64,000 nucleotides of DNA from contig CAWJJC010000011.1 in assembly GCA_963843145.1 (NCBI GenBank), positions 17,793 through 81,792 of the forward strand. The letters are read 5' to 3'. Below are positions 1-8,998 of this stretch, in pieces. This stretch comes from an uncultured delta proteobacterium. Its GTDB lineage: Bacteria; Desulfobacterota; RBG-13-43-22. The notes beneath the pieces are model-generated. The model was given only the letters and a program-made list of their open reading frames with translations, was not told the origin of the DNA and made no database searches. The number at the start of each line of letters is the position of its first letter. Within the stretch, counting starts at the first letter, position 1. Both the position numbers and the translations under genes were made by a program.

Positions 1-289
1 CGGCCAGTCGGGGGGCGCTGAGATCGTCGAGGACCTTCCGGGAAAGGGAGATCAGGCTGGGACCCAAAGCGTAGCCCTTCCCTTCTTCATTCTTCCGGAT
101 CAGTCCAAACCGCTGCAGCGTCTCCAGAATGGTAAAGGCCTTGCTCTTGTGGATCCCCACGCGGTCACAGATTTCGTTGAGGCTCAGGGCCGGGGCCGGA
201 GTTTCGGCGAGACGGAAGAGGATGCGCGCGGCCTGCTCTACAGCCGGCGATACATAGCGGTCATTGTTTTTCTTGATCGGGTCTTTCAA
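1..289 (-). CDS. IclR family transcriptional regulator, N-terminal part (runs off window)
   Basis: Manual translation from TTG 289: MKDPIKKNNDRYVSPAVEQAARILFRLAE...LSLNEICDRVGIHKSKAFTILETLQRFGLI...YALGPSL, an IclR HTH pattern. Confidence 0.85.
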   Translation of the reverse strand, partial: MKDPIKKNNDRYVSPAVEQAARILFRLAETPAPALSLNEICDRVGIHKSKAFTILETLQRFGLIRKNEEGKGYALGPSLISLSRKVLDDLSAPRLA

Positions 290-370
290 GGAATTGCCCT
301 AAGTTTAATTTGGAACTAAGGTTTTGTATGTAGAACTATCAAAACAAAGAGCTTCTGTCAAGAAAACAAA

Positions 371-425
371 TTGACATTCCGATAATAATATTCATAATTA
401 CTTTATGTATAAGTAATTATGAATA
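371..425 (+). promoter_or_regulatory. sigma70-type promoter and palindromic operator of the vapBC pair
   Basis: TTGACA at 371, CATAAT at 393; perfect 15-bp inverted repeat TATTCATAATTACTT/AAGTAATTATGAATA (389-425). Confidence 0.7.
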
Positions 426-438
426 AAGGAGTATTACC

Positions 439-726
439 ATGCTGATGGAGGAACACCTGGGCACTATTACTCAGAAAGGACAGGTCACCATTCCTCTGGC
501 GATCCGCAAGCTGCTGGGGGTGAAATCACGGGACCGGGTGGCCTTCCGTGTCATCGAGGGACGGGTGGAACTTGCCCCGGCCACGATGTCTCTGGAAGAC
601 ACCTACGGGGCGGTCAAGCCGACCGCCCGCCCTGAAAAATGGTCTGAGATCCGCCGCCGGGTTCGGGAGGAAAAGGTGGGGCTGCGGACCGGCAAAACCC
701 AACGTCCACGGAAGGAAGGCCGCTGA
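439..726 (+). CDS. vapB: AbrB/MazE/SpoVT family antitoxin
   Basis: TITQKGQVTIPLAIRKLLGV motif; stop overlaps the PIN toxin start. Confidence 0.9.
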   Translation: MLMEEHLGTITQKGQVTIPLAIRKLLGVKSRDRVAFRVIEGRVELAPATMSLEDTYGAVKPTARPEKWSEIRRRVREEKVGLRTGKTQRPRKEGR

Positions 727-1133
727 TGGATTTTTTGGATACCAATGTAATCCTCCGGTACCTGACCCGGGACGACCCGGTTAAAGCCGAACGATGTTAC
801 GAGCTTTTTCAGCGGGTCAAACGTAAAGAGGTCAGGCTGACGACCTCGGAATCGGTTCTGGCCGAAGTTGTTTATGTGTTATCCTCCCGGTCGGTTTACA
901 ATCAAGGCCGCGAACAAGTGCGGAATTTGCTGCTGCCGATCGTCTCTCTAAGTGGACTTCTGGTTCCACATCGACGCTCATTCTTACGGGCCCTCGAATT
1001 CTACGCCGTCACGAATATGGATTTTGAAGATTGCCTTTCCCTGTCCCATATGGAACGGTTGAAAATAAAAACAATTTTGAGCTACGATCGGGATTTCGAC
1101 CGGATAAATACCATCCAGCGCCACGAACCCTGA
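726..1133 (+). CDS. vapC: PIN-domain toxin
   Basis: FLDTNVILRYL...VLAEVVYVL...DFEDC...SYDRDFD acidic PIN residues. Confidence 0.92.
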   Translation: MDFLDTNVILRYLTRDDPVKAERCYELFQRVKRKEVRLTTSESVLAEVVYVLSSRSVYNQGREQVRNLLLPIVSLSGLLVPHRRSFLRALEFYAVTNMDFEDCLSLSHMERLKIKTILSYDRDFDRINTIQRHEP

Positions 1134-1481
1134 GCTGGGCGATAGGGAGGCGATTAATCCGGACGAGTCGAAGATTTGGGAATTCACCCCCACTCCCAAA
1201 CCGGGCACATCCCGGCGGTGGGCGGGATGCGCGATTAAGAAGTTAAATTAATTTGACAATCTGGAATATTTGGGATAGGAATTCGTGAAGATCGAATATT
1301 GGATTTCTTAATGGACAACCTTTAACCAAAGGAGTGTCGCTGGAAGAATATTAGACCCCATTTCTTATTTAAAGAAGTGGGGATTTTTTTTGTGGAGATG
1401 ATATCGCCGCAGTTCATAGGCGGATGAAACCTGGTTAAGGAATTTTTGGGGGAAAAACCAGTGCCGGAAAAAATGCGGCAT

Positions 1482-1569
1482 TGCTCTTATCGGGTGTCCC
1501 GGTGTCAGTGGCCTGCACGGGCATATCAGCCTGGCGACCTGCGTGCCACGGGTCAACGTCGCATTAGGG
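1482..1569 (+). mobile_element. degenerate attC-like site (repeat type B, copy 1)
   Basis: ...CGACCTGCGTGCCACGGGTCAACGTCGC-ATTAGGG, homologous to 2530-2619 and 3878-3967; lies just before an RBS and ATG. Confidence 0.6.
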
Positions 1570-1584
1570 TCAAGAGGTGCTGCT

Positions 1585-2412
1585 ATGAGCGATGAAATTA
1601 TTGATGTTAAAGATCATGAACCATCTCGTAGTGGTAAAATAGCCAAAATTTCGCGTAGTGCTCTGCAGATTGCTGGCGGGGCAATTCCTTTTGCGGGCGG
1701 TATGTTGTCTGCGGCGGCGGGCGCTTGGTCGGAAGGAGAACAGGAAAAAGTAAATAGGTTCTTCAAACATTGGCTTCAGATGCTTCAAGATGAATTAAAG
1801 GAAAAAGAGCAGACAATAATCGAAATCATGGCGCGGCTTGATTTACAGGATGAAGAGATTTCCAAGAGAGTTGAGAGCAAAGAATATCAGACATTAATAA
1901 AGAAAACTTTCCGCGAATGGTCCGGGGCGGAGAGCGAAGAAAAGCGCAAGTACATTAGAAACATTTTGTCCAATGCCGCAGCCACCCAAGTTACCAGCGA
2001 TGATGTAGTCCGCCTGTTCATCGACTGGATAAATCAGTATTCAGAGATGCATTTCCAGGTTATAGGTGCCATTTATAATAGCGACGGTATTACAAGAGGA
2101 CGGATTTGGACAAAGATCGGCAAAGGGCCTGTTCGTGAGGATTCTGCTGATGCGGATCTTTATAAACTCCTATTCCGAGATCTAAGCACCGGGGGGATCA
2201 TTCGTCAGCACCGAGAAGTCGATCGGTTCGGCAATTTTATACCTAAGTCCGCAGAAAGGCGGTTAAAAGGCAGTGGGACAAAACCACTTGTTTCTGCTTT
2301 TGATAATGAGGAAGGGTATGAATTAACGGCTTTGGGACGAGATTTTGTTCATTATGCAATGACGGATTTACCTCTCAGAATCGAATTTACCACTGATCCA
2401 AATAGGCCATAA
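1585..2412 (+). CDS. hypothetical cassette protein, Abi-alpha/DUF4393-like
   Basis: N-terminal AIPFAGGMLS helix, ESEEKRKYIRNILSNAA, C-terminal wHTH-like YELTALGRDFV; stop falls inside the attC inverse core. Confidence 0.6.
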   Translation: MSDEIIDVKDHEPSRSGKIAKISRSALQIAGGAIPFAGGMLSAAAGAWSEGEQEKVNRFFKHWLQMLQDELKEKEQTIIEIMARLDLQDEEISKRVESKEYQTLIKKTFREWSGAESEEKRKYIRNILSNAAATQVTSDDVVRLFIDWINQYSEMHFQVIGAIYNSDGITRGRIWTKIGKGPVREDSADADLYKLLFRDLSTGGIIRQHREVDRFGNFIPKSAERRLKGSGTKPLVSAFDNEEGYELTALGRDFVHYAMTDLPLRIEFTTDPNRP

Positions 2413-2516
2413 CGTCGCCATCCACTCGGACCTGAACAAAGCCGGGCGCATTTGGTCAATGGCACCCGCAAGGTTAAAGGCAGCGAAGTTTAGGCCGGTG
2501 ATGACCGGCGGTGGCT
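2407..2516 (+). mobile_element. attC site (degenerate)
   Basis: CCATAAC inverse core; CATCCACTCGGACCTGAAC pairs with GTTTAGGCCGGTGATG; core degenerate (GGTGGCT). Confidence 0.65.
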
Positions 2517-2529
2517 CCACCTCCGGCGT

Positions 2530-2619
2530 CGCCAACCAGGCCATTGGATACTGTGTCACTGCCTCGCCTGGGCCTCCGGCCCAGCAACCTGCGTGTCACG
2601 GGTAAACGCCACGTTAACT
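2530..2619 (+). mobile_element. attC site (repeat type B, copy 2)
   Basis: CGCCAAC...CTGGGC-CTCCG-GCCCAG...GCGTGTCACGGGTAAACGCCAC-GTTAACT. Confidence 0.7.
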
Positions 2620-2637
2620 GGCTTAGGGTAAACGAAG

Positions 2638-3663
2638 GTGAAGGAACGCGACCTAAAAATACTCTGGGGACGATCAGGGAACCGTTGCGCCCTCTGCAAG
2701 ATCGAACTAACGCCGAGCGGAGACCGTGAGACTTTAGGAGAGATGGCGCACATTGTCGGTAGACGGGCGGACGGCCCACGCGGTATCGAAGACCTGCCAG
2801 CCGAGGAAAGGGATACGTACTCGAACCTAATTCTCCTTTGCCCAACACACCATCGGGAGATCGATAAGAACGAGGCCGACTGGTCATCCGTCAAGATAAG
2901 GCTAGTGAAGGTCGAACACGAGCAGTGGGTTTCGAGCATGCTCGCACGCTCCGAGATTGCAGTCGCAGAGATCGACAACTCGGACTTCTTGAATTCCCGC
3001 ATACGATTCTGGATTGACTTCTGCGATGGCGGGATAGGCATAAGCGTCTCACTCACTCCATTACGAATCGGATCTGACGTTGTAAATGTCCTAGACGAAT
3101 TGGGCCAACACACTCTGGAGTCCGCACGAGTCGCTGGGCACGGATACCAAGGTGCACTAAACTCCTACAAGACAAGGCCTTCCGAGCACGGTATCTGCAA
3201 TGAGCGTCGTAGTGAGCCCGGCGGGCTAGATGGTTACTCCTTCCACTTATTCAACTCTGGGCACTGTGAAGTCATCTATGCGCTCAATTCAGAATCTGCA
3301 CGACTTGCTGAACAGTGCGAAGGGCGCGTCGGCGACTACCACGGCGCAACCAAACTGATAAGGTACACAGATCTCGCGAAGCGCATCATTGCCAGTATTG
3401 CTTGGACTAGGCAAGTGTGGCAGCACTTTCTGCCCTTTCGCTATATGGATTTCCGGATCCATGTGCTCTCAGCTCTGAGGCTAACCATCTTCTCTTATGA
3501 GGATGATTGGCGAGTCGGTGTTTTCGGTTACCCTTTGACCAGTGATTCCCTTATATTCAAAGAGGTCTATGAGAAGAATGAATTCAACGCGCAGGTTGAG
3601 ACAGAGGTTCTCAGGTGGGTTGCAAGGTCATTCGGGCTCCAGGCTGTTGACCATTTACGATGA
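2638..3663 (+). CDS. HNH endonuclease fused to an uncharacterised C-terminal domain (cassette)
   Basis: LWGRSGNRCALC...GEMAHIVGRRADGPRG...NLILLCPTHHREID. Confidence 0.85.
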   Translation: MKERDLKILWGRSGNRCALCKIELTPSGDRETLGEMAHIVGRRADGPRGIEDLPAEERDTYSNLILLCPTHHREIDKNEADWSSVKIRLVKVEHEQWVSSMLARSEIAVAEIDNSDFLNSRIRFWIDFCDGGIGISVSLTPLRIGSDVVNVLDELGQHTLESARVAGHGYQGALNSYKTRPSEHGICNERRSEPGGLDGYSFHLFNSGHCEVIYALNSESARLAEQCEGRVGDYHGATKLIRYTDLAKRIIASIAWTRQVWQHFLPFRYMDFRIHVLSALRLTIFSYEDDWRVGVFGYPLTSDSLIFKEVYEKNEFNAQVETEVLRWVARSFGLQAVDHLR

Positions 3664-3704
3664 GGGAGGGCGGCTCGTCCGTCCATTCCCGTTCCGGTGA
3701 TGCC

Positions 3705-3809
3705 AACTAATAAATGGATCGAATTGGTAGGCAAAAGAGTCAATCCCCTTACAAGAGGAAGAGTAAGGGTAGCGCCAATTTCGCCTACAGCTCATCCCTG
3801 GCGTTGGCA
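3705..3809 (+). mobile_element. attC site
   Basis: AACTAAT...GGATCGAATTGGTAGGCAAAA pairs with TTTCGCCTACAGCTCATCC...GC-GTTGGCA. Confidence 0.7.
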
Positions 3810-3877
3810 ACTCCTCGGCGACACCATGCGTTGTTGCCCCAGTCGGTCCCTGTCTCGGTCGGCTTCGTCTTTGGCGA

Positions 3878-3967
3878 CGCAAACTAGGCCATAGAACCCG
3901 TTAGTACTGGGTTGCATGGTCCTTCGACCCAGCAACCAACGTGCCACGGGTCAATTCCGCATTATGT
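3878..3967 (+). mobile_element. attC site (repeat type B, copy 3)
   Basis: CGCAAACTAGGCCAT...CCAGCAACCAACGTGCCACGGGTCAATTCCGC-ATTATGT; core complementary to CACATAAC at the end of the next gene. Confidence 0.65.
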
Positions 3968-3984
3968 GACCAGGGAATATAAGA

Positions 3985-4725
3985 ATGGACGATGATAATC
4001 TGAAAAAGAAGATCAATGAGTTGGCCGATGAGTCCAGCGTCATAATAGCAAATCCAGGGGACATAGAAAAACTTAAGAAGCAAGGATTACCATTTCGCGT
4101 CGTACCCTCTCAGACTATTGCCGATCTTTTTCAAGAGCGTCTGAAAACCGCAGTGGATGTTGTTGCACAATTGCCCGCTCTACCGGATAGCCTACCCCCA
4201 GCTATTAAATCCCTTTATCAAGAGATACGGGAATGTATCTTTTTCGGCCTTAATGGAGCTGCTATCACTCTCTCTGGGAATCTTATTGAATTCACTCTTA
4301 AACATGCAACATATGTCAAAGAAGTCGGCGGCTACCAAGAATACGATCCGGAGAAGTGGGATCAATTTGAAAAGATTGAATTCGGCGATGCTATAGGGCG
4401 CGCGAAAAGATCGGGCTTGTTAAGGTCCAAAATAGCAAAACAGCTTCAATCATTTCGTGAGGATATTCGGAACCCTTACAGCCATTACAACATAAAGAAG
4501 ATCACTGAAGACGTAATTGCCGGGAGGGTCAAAAGGATCAATTTGGCAACGGGAGAGGTCGAGGAAATGGACATACCAGCAAAAGACAGCCCGATGATAC
4601 AAGCCCAAGTTAAGCCGTGGGTAGACGGACAAAGGGTACTTGCTGTTTTCCATTTCGCTGATGGGATAGTGAAGTACTTGATTGCAATGCTAGAAGAGTA
4701 TCTGAAAAGCACACATAACGAATAA
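3985..4725 (+). CDS. HEPN-domain (DUF4145-like) protein (cassette)
   Basis: LYQEIRECIFFGLNGAAITLSGNLIEFTLK helix and Rx4H motif RNPYSH. Confidence 0.7.
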   Translation: MDDDNLKKKINELADESSVIIANPGDIEKLKKQGLPFRVVPSQTIADLFQERLKTAVDVVAQLPALPDSLPPAIKSLYQEIRECIFFGLNGAAITLSGNLIEFTLKHATYVKEVGGYQEYDPEKWDQFEKIEFGDAIGRAKRSGLLRSKIAKQLQSFREDIRNPYSHYNIKKITEDVIAGRVKRINLATGEVEEMDIPAKDSPMIQAQVKPWVDGQRVLAVFHFADGIVKYLIAMLEEYLKSTHNE

Positions 4726-4740
4726 GTGCACCAGACTCCG
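4713..4740 (+). mobile_element. truncated attC (left half only)
   Basis: ACATAAC inverse core then GTGCACCAGACTCCG; no matching right arm. Confidence 0.45.
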
Positions 4741-5161
4741 AAATGGGGTCGGGCCGGCATTGAGTCATGAGAATGAAGGGTCGGACCCAATGCCGTTAAC
4801 TTAACAGAAAGAGCCTGTTTTTACTATCTTTAATGGTTTCGGGTTCCAGGGGTAACGGTTGTGGGACAGGGTATTTACGAGGACGTCCCCGGCGGCGCTT
4901 TTCCAAGCCCCGACTTTTCCTGCGATATTCCTGTCGATCCCGAGTGAACTTACGGCCCGGTTTTACAGACACGCGGTGCCGGGCACAGAACTTTATGAAG
5001 ACTTCCCAAAGAGGCCAGAGCAGCTTTTCCGAGGTGGCGAACAATAATCTTAGAAAAAAACGGGTTTCGGGAAGCTCCCGAGCAAAACTGATCTGGCCAA
5101 TGGAAACATATCAGATGAGGTGTGAACCAGGATATTAACCCGATCAACGGCGTCACATACA

Positions 5162-5506
5162 GTGGCAAATTCAGATAAGGAGATAAACGTGAGATTTATT
5201 TTACTATCCCGGCACACGGGCGGCAGTGAAATCCCAGAGACTGAAGTCGCCCAAAATCTTAAAGACATGAGCGAATGGGTTTCTTTGCTTAAGGCGTCGG
5301 TAGTTATGCCAATTAGAGGCGGGAAAACTGTCACAACTGAGAAGGTCGAAGAGTATGTCGGAGATCTTGGCGGACTGCTCATTTTTGAAGCCGACAGTCT
5401 TGATCAAGCGGTAGCGTTGGCCAGGAAGTCGCCAGGCCTGAAATATGGATTTACACACGAGGTCTTCCCGGAGATTTCCCTGGAGGAGGCGGCTGGGAGA
5501 AAATGA
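5162..5506 (+). CDS. YciI-related domain protein
   Basis: GGKTVT...LGGLLIFEADSLDQAVALARKSPGL pattern; start uncertain. Confidence 0.65.
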   Translation: MANSDKEINVRFILLSRHTGGSEIPETEVAQNLKDMSEWVSLLKASVVMPIRGGKTVTTEKVEEYVGDLGGLLIFEADSLDQAVALARKSPGLKYGFTHEVFPEISLEEAAGRK

Positions 5507-5658
5507 GAAGCGCAGTATATCCAAGGAGATGTTCGCCGGAAGAAGCGAATCGGGGTCTAACCAAACAAGCCCATTGAATTTAACTTAATCATGTTGAATC
5601 CTGGATGCGTTTGAAGACTTATTAAGGGTATCATAATTGTCTGTACATACCACCGACC

Positions 5659-5742
5659 GTCATCCCCGAGTGTCTTTGTCGGGGATCCAGAATCGTACCA
5701 GACCGAGGCTGGATTCCCGCCCAGAAGCGCTGCGGGAATGAC
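5659..5742. repeat. palindromic intergenic repeat (GTCATCCCCG...GGATCCAG...CTGGATTCCCGC...GCGGGAATGAC)
   Basis: Copies at 39279, 48175 and a variant at 34954. Confidence 0.85.
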
Positions 5743-5836
5743 GATAAGGGAACCTGGAGATAGCCGATTCTATTATGCGACCTTTAATAAAATGCCCTTA
5801 TTACCCTCGAAAAGAGGTTTCTAAGCAGACAAACCC

Positions 5837-6040
5837 ATGCCCAGGGCCAATCGGCATTTCATCTCCGGTCAGATCTGGCACATCACCCACCGCGGCCACA
5901 AGAGGAGATTATTACTTTCCGGGCTTTTCGCTGGACGGAAAGCCTGGCGGTGGGTGGAGAGGCCTTTTAAAAGAAATTCAGGAGGCTTTAAGGGTATGGG
6001 CCAGCGGCCGTTCAGTCGTCTCGGCCGAGGAAAATTATGA
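5837..6040 (+). pseudogene. REP-associated tyrosine transposase (RAYT/Y1) remnant, internally deleted
   Basis: N-terminus MPRANRHFISGQIWHITHRGH joined to a C-terminal-like EALRVWASGRSVVSAEENYE in another frame. Confidence 0.6.
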
Positions 6041-6598
6041 ATGGCGAATGACGATCGCACCAAGATAATTCCCAGAGGAACGCCGGAATCAGCGGCCATG
6101 TCGGCAAACGTCAAACGAGCGCTGGCGATCACCGCCCGCCTCAACCGTTTGACGTACAACGATGCGGACGAAGTCCGCGCCTTGTTCAGCGAGCTCATCG
6201 GCAGGAAGGTGGACGACAGCTTTCTATTGATTCCACCATTCTACACTACTGGCGGGCCCGAAATCCGTGTTGGGCGTAATGTTTTCGTAAATCAGAACTG
6301 CACTTTTTATGATCTTGGCGGCCTCGACATTGCCGATGATGTGATGATCGGCCCGAACGTGAGCATCATCACGTCCGGCCATCCCATTGAACCTTCTCAG
6401 CGGCGCGCCTTTGTAGTCGCCAAGCCCATTGTGATTGAAAGAAACGTCTGGATCGCAGTCGGCGCAACGATCATCGGCGGAGTGACGGTCGGCGAGAACT
6501 CTGTTGTGGCGGCAGGCTCCGTAGTCACCAAAGACGTTCCCCCGAATACTCTTGTCGGAGGAAATCCGGCGAGAATCATTCGCTTGATTGGAGACTGA
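6041..6598 (+). CDS. sugar O-acetyltransferase (maltose/galactoside acetyltransferase family)
   Basis: Hexapeptide repeats, PPFYT, GNPARII. Confidence 0.92.
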   Translation: MANDDRTKIIPRGTPESAAMSANVKRALAITARLNRLTYNDADEVRALFSELIGRKVDDSFLLIPPFYTTGGPEIRVGRNVFVNQNCTFYDLGGLDIADDVMIGPNVSIITSGHPIEPSQRRAFVVAKPIVIERNVWIAVGATIIGGVTVGENSVVAAGSVVTKDVPPNTLVGGNPARIIRLIGD

Positions 6599-6611
6599 GG
6601 AAAGGAACGCC

Positions 6612-6683
6612 ACCCAGCATTGCACTGCAACTGACCGCCAACCCGCTTCGCGGCTTGTCGGCGGCTGGGTTTAGGCCTTGGGC
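6612..6683 (+). mobile_element. degenerate attC site
   Basis: ACCCAGC...CTGCAACTGACCGCCAACCCGCTTCGCGGCTTGTCGGCGGCTGGG...CTTGGGC imperfect palindrome between two short genes. Confidence 0.65.
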
Positions 6684-6709
6684 CCTGGAAGTACAGAGAG
6701 GAGAGCACG

Positions 6710-7054
6710 ATGAGCAACGAACAGGTGGCACCTGAGACGAAAGGGGTTACGGTGAAGTTACTGGCCACGGTTGACCTTGGCCCTGAGATCGAGGGCCTGG
6801 CCGGGCGCCAACTTCGAATGCGGATGGTGACCATCGAGCCTGGAGGCGTCTTCGGCCCGGTTCACGACCATAAAGGCAGACCGGGCACCGTCTACATACT
6901 GCAAGGAACGATCACGGACCATCGAAATGGAATCGCGACCGACTATGGACCGGGAGTGGGCTGGCCCGAGGATAGGAACACCACTCACTGGCTTGAGAAC
7001 AGAGGAACGATTCCGGCAGTGGAGATCTCGGTCGATATAGTCAGGCAAGAGTAA
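6710..7054 (+). CDS. cupin domain protein
   Basis: VTIEPGG...HDHKGRPG...HWLENRG cupin motifs. Confidence 0.88.
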   Translation: MSNEQVAPETKGVTVKLLATVDLGPEIEGLAGRQLRMRMVTIEPGGVFGPVHDHKGRPGTVYILQGTITDHRNGIATDYGPGVGWPEDRNTTHWLENRGTIPAVEISVDIVRQE

Positions 7055-7096
7055 ACCTCAACGTTGCCTAAAAAACAGGGCGGAAAATAAATAGAG

Positions 7097-7663
7097 TTAA
7101 TATCCATTGGAATAAAATGTCTTCCCGGATTCCCCCATTTCCCGGATGCCTTCCCCGTTATCCGAAATTCTGAGGGCAACGTATTCGCCTTCTGCCAGGA
7201 CGTCATAATTACTGGTGGGTTGATCGATATAGCGATTTGAAGTGGAAATGGTGAGTTGTCCCACGCCCTTCATCGCCTCCATGGCATTGTATAACAAATT
7301 CATAATAGCCTTTGAAAGATGGATTTGCGAACCATGGACATCAAAAAGGTCCGGTTGCAGATCTGTTTCAATCCGCGTGTCGGGATAATCGGCGACAAGT
7401 TTCGGGAACTCGGGGGATTCCAAAATGCCTGACAAGACCTGGTTCAAATTGAGTATTTGAGTAGAAAAAACGTCTCTTCTGGCCAGAGTCAGCAAGTCCT
7501 GAACGACCGCCGCCGCCCTTTCACCGGATTTCTGTATGGTAATGGTATTTGATATTAACCCCATGGGGAAAAAATCAACAACGGCCTTCCCTGCCATTTT
7601 ACCCAGAAAAGCGAGAAACGAACTATGAAGGATCCAATATAGAATCCCCAGCCGGAATCCCAA
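7097..7663 (-). pseudogene. sensor histidine kinase fragment (HATPase_c part)
   Basis: KSGERAAAVVQDLLTLARR, NLLYNAMEAM, ISDNGEGI; no H-box, F/G2 boxes or sensor domain. Confidence 0.75.
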
Positions 7664-8130
7664 TAACCATCCGGCAATGAGAGGAAAAATACTGAAAATG
7701 TGGAAGAATGATGCTGTCTTCTACAAAAAATATAGTGAAAGTGGTTTTAAAGATCAAGAAGAATCCTGTAACGGATGTTGTGGATGGAAGCCCACGGACG
7801 GAAAAAAGAGATAAGGTGAGAAATCATTCCGTCCCTTTGGCCCTTGGATCTGGGTAGAATAGGTCCTTTTGAAGTCGATCCCCTGACCTGTCCCCCATGC
7901 CGGGAGCCAATGCAAATTATCGGTATTATCGAGGACCAGGAACCTGTCGAGAGCCTCCAGGTCGAACGAGAGTCCCTGATCCTCTAACGCCCCAAGGACC
8001 ACCGGCTGACCTCCGCAAGCAACCAATACGCCGCCTATATTTCATTTGACGAAAATCCGTCTTTCTGGTCCAATAAATCCAGTCGCACCCTATCGCGGGG
8101 GGAGTCCATTCTCAACGGGGGGAAACCATT

Positions 8131-8829
8131 TTGCACTACTTTCCGATCGCTTTGCCTTTTCTCTTTTTCTTTGCCTTCCTTTTCATCATTTTAATCACCA
8201 TGCTGGAGGTCGGCATTCTCCGGTATGCCTACGAGCGGATGGGGATTGGACAAAGACATATGTTCGCCCTGCTGTTTCTCTCCTTTATGGGGAGTTACCT
8301 GAACATCCCTCTCTTTCAACTGCCGCCCCACCAGGTGCGTTCCGGAGAGGTGATCACCTCTTTTGGCATGACCTATATCGTGCCATTTGTCAGAGACTGG
8401 CCGGGAACGGTCGTGGCGGTCAACGTGGGCGGGGCGGTCATTCCTGCCTTACTCTCCCTTTACCTATACCTGAAGAACCGGCTGTACTTCCGTGGATTGG
8501 CCGGGGTGGCCGTCGTCGCTTTTGTTGTTCATTTGATCGCCCATCCGGTCCCAGGCCTCGGGATTGTAGTTCCAACCCTCCTCCCCTCTCTGATCGCCAC
8601 GCCGGTGGCTCTGATCCTGTCGCCGCGGCATGCGCCTCCCCTGGCCTATATCGTCGGCAGCCTCGGAACACTGATCGGAGCGGATCTCCTCAACCTCGGC
8701 AAAATCCAGGGCCTGGGGGCCCCGGTGGCCTCCATCGGCGGGGCCGGGACCTTTGACGGCATCTTCCTCAGCGGGATCCTTTCCGTTTTGCTGGCTAGCC
8801 TGCTGATCCGAAAAAAAAGGATTCTCTAA
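8131..8829 (+). CDS. DUF1614 membrane protein
   Basis: GSYLNIP, AVNVGGAVIP, GTLIGADLLNL, SIGGAGTFDGIF. Confidence 0.9.
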   Translation: MHYFPIALPFLFFFAFLFIILITMLEVGILRYAYERMGIGQRHMFALLFLSFMGSYLNIPLFQLPPHQVRSGEVITSFGMTYIVPFVRDWPGTVVAVNVGGAVIPALLSLYLYLKNRLYFRGLAGVAVVAFVVHLIAHPVPGLGIVVPTLLPSLIATPVALILSPRHAPPLAYIVGSLGTLIGADLLNLGKIQGLGAPVASIGGAGTFDGIFLSGILSVLLASLLIRKKRIL

Positions 8830-8849
8830 CCGATTAAACCCTTTCATCC

Positions 8850-8947
8850 TTGTCCGGGGGACGATCGCAGACGCCTTCTTCGATCATCAGGGCCGCTTCG
8901 TTGATGCCCAGGGCCAGGAGGGTGTCGACAATCTCTTGGGGTTCCAT
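8850..8947 (-). pseudogene. fragment of 3-hydroxyacyl-CoA dehydrogenase/FadB C-terminal domain
   Basis: Manual translation MEPQEIVDTLLALGINEAALMIEEGVCDRP. Confidence 0.55.
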
Positions 8948-8998
8948 TTTCCGGGAAACGATCAGTGGGGAATAGGGGTCGGACCATCCGAACCGTTT

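Noticed and set aside
1420-1441. Possible attI site (GATGAAACCTGGTTAAGG)
   Set aside because: The core is not GTTRRRY and there is no adjacent intI; too weak to call
1482-3967. The three similar ~90-bp repeats as a CRISPR array
   Set aside because: They are separated by whole genes, are too long and divergent, and no cas genes are present; attC fits better
4796-5044. Basic ORF with RRRGRPRK (AT-hook or transposase tail)
   Set aside because: No recognisable domain or RBS; it may be a remnant but cannot be supported
7754-8026. 90-aa minus-strand ORF
   Set aside because: No recognisable motif; lies in the remnant zone
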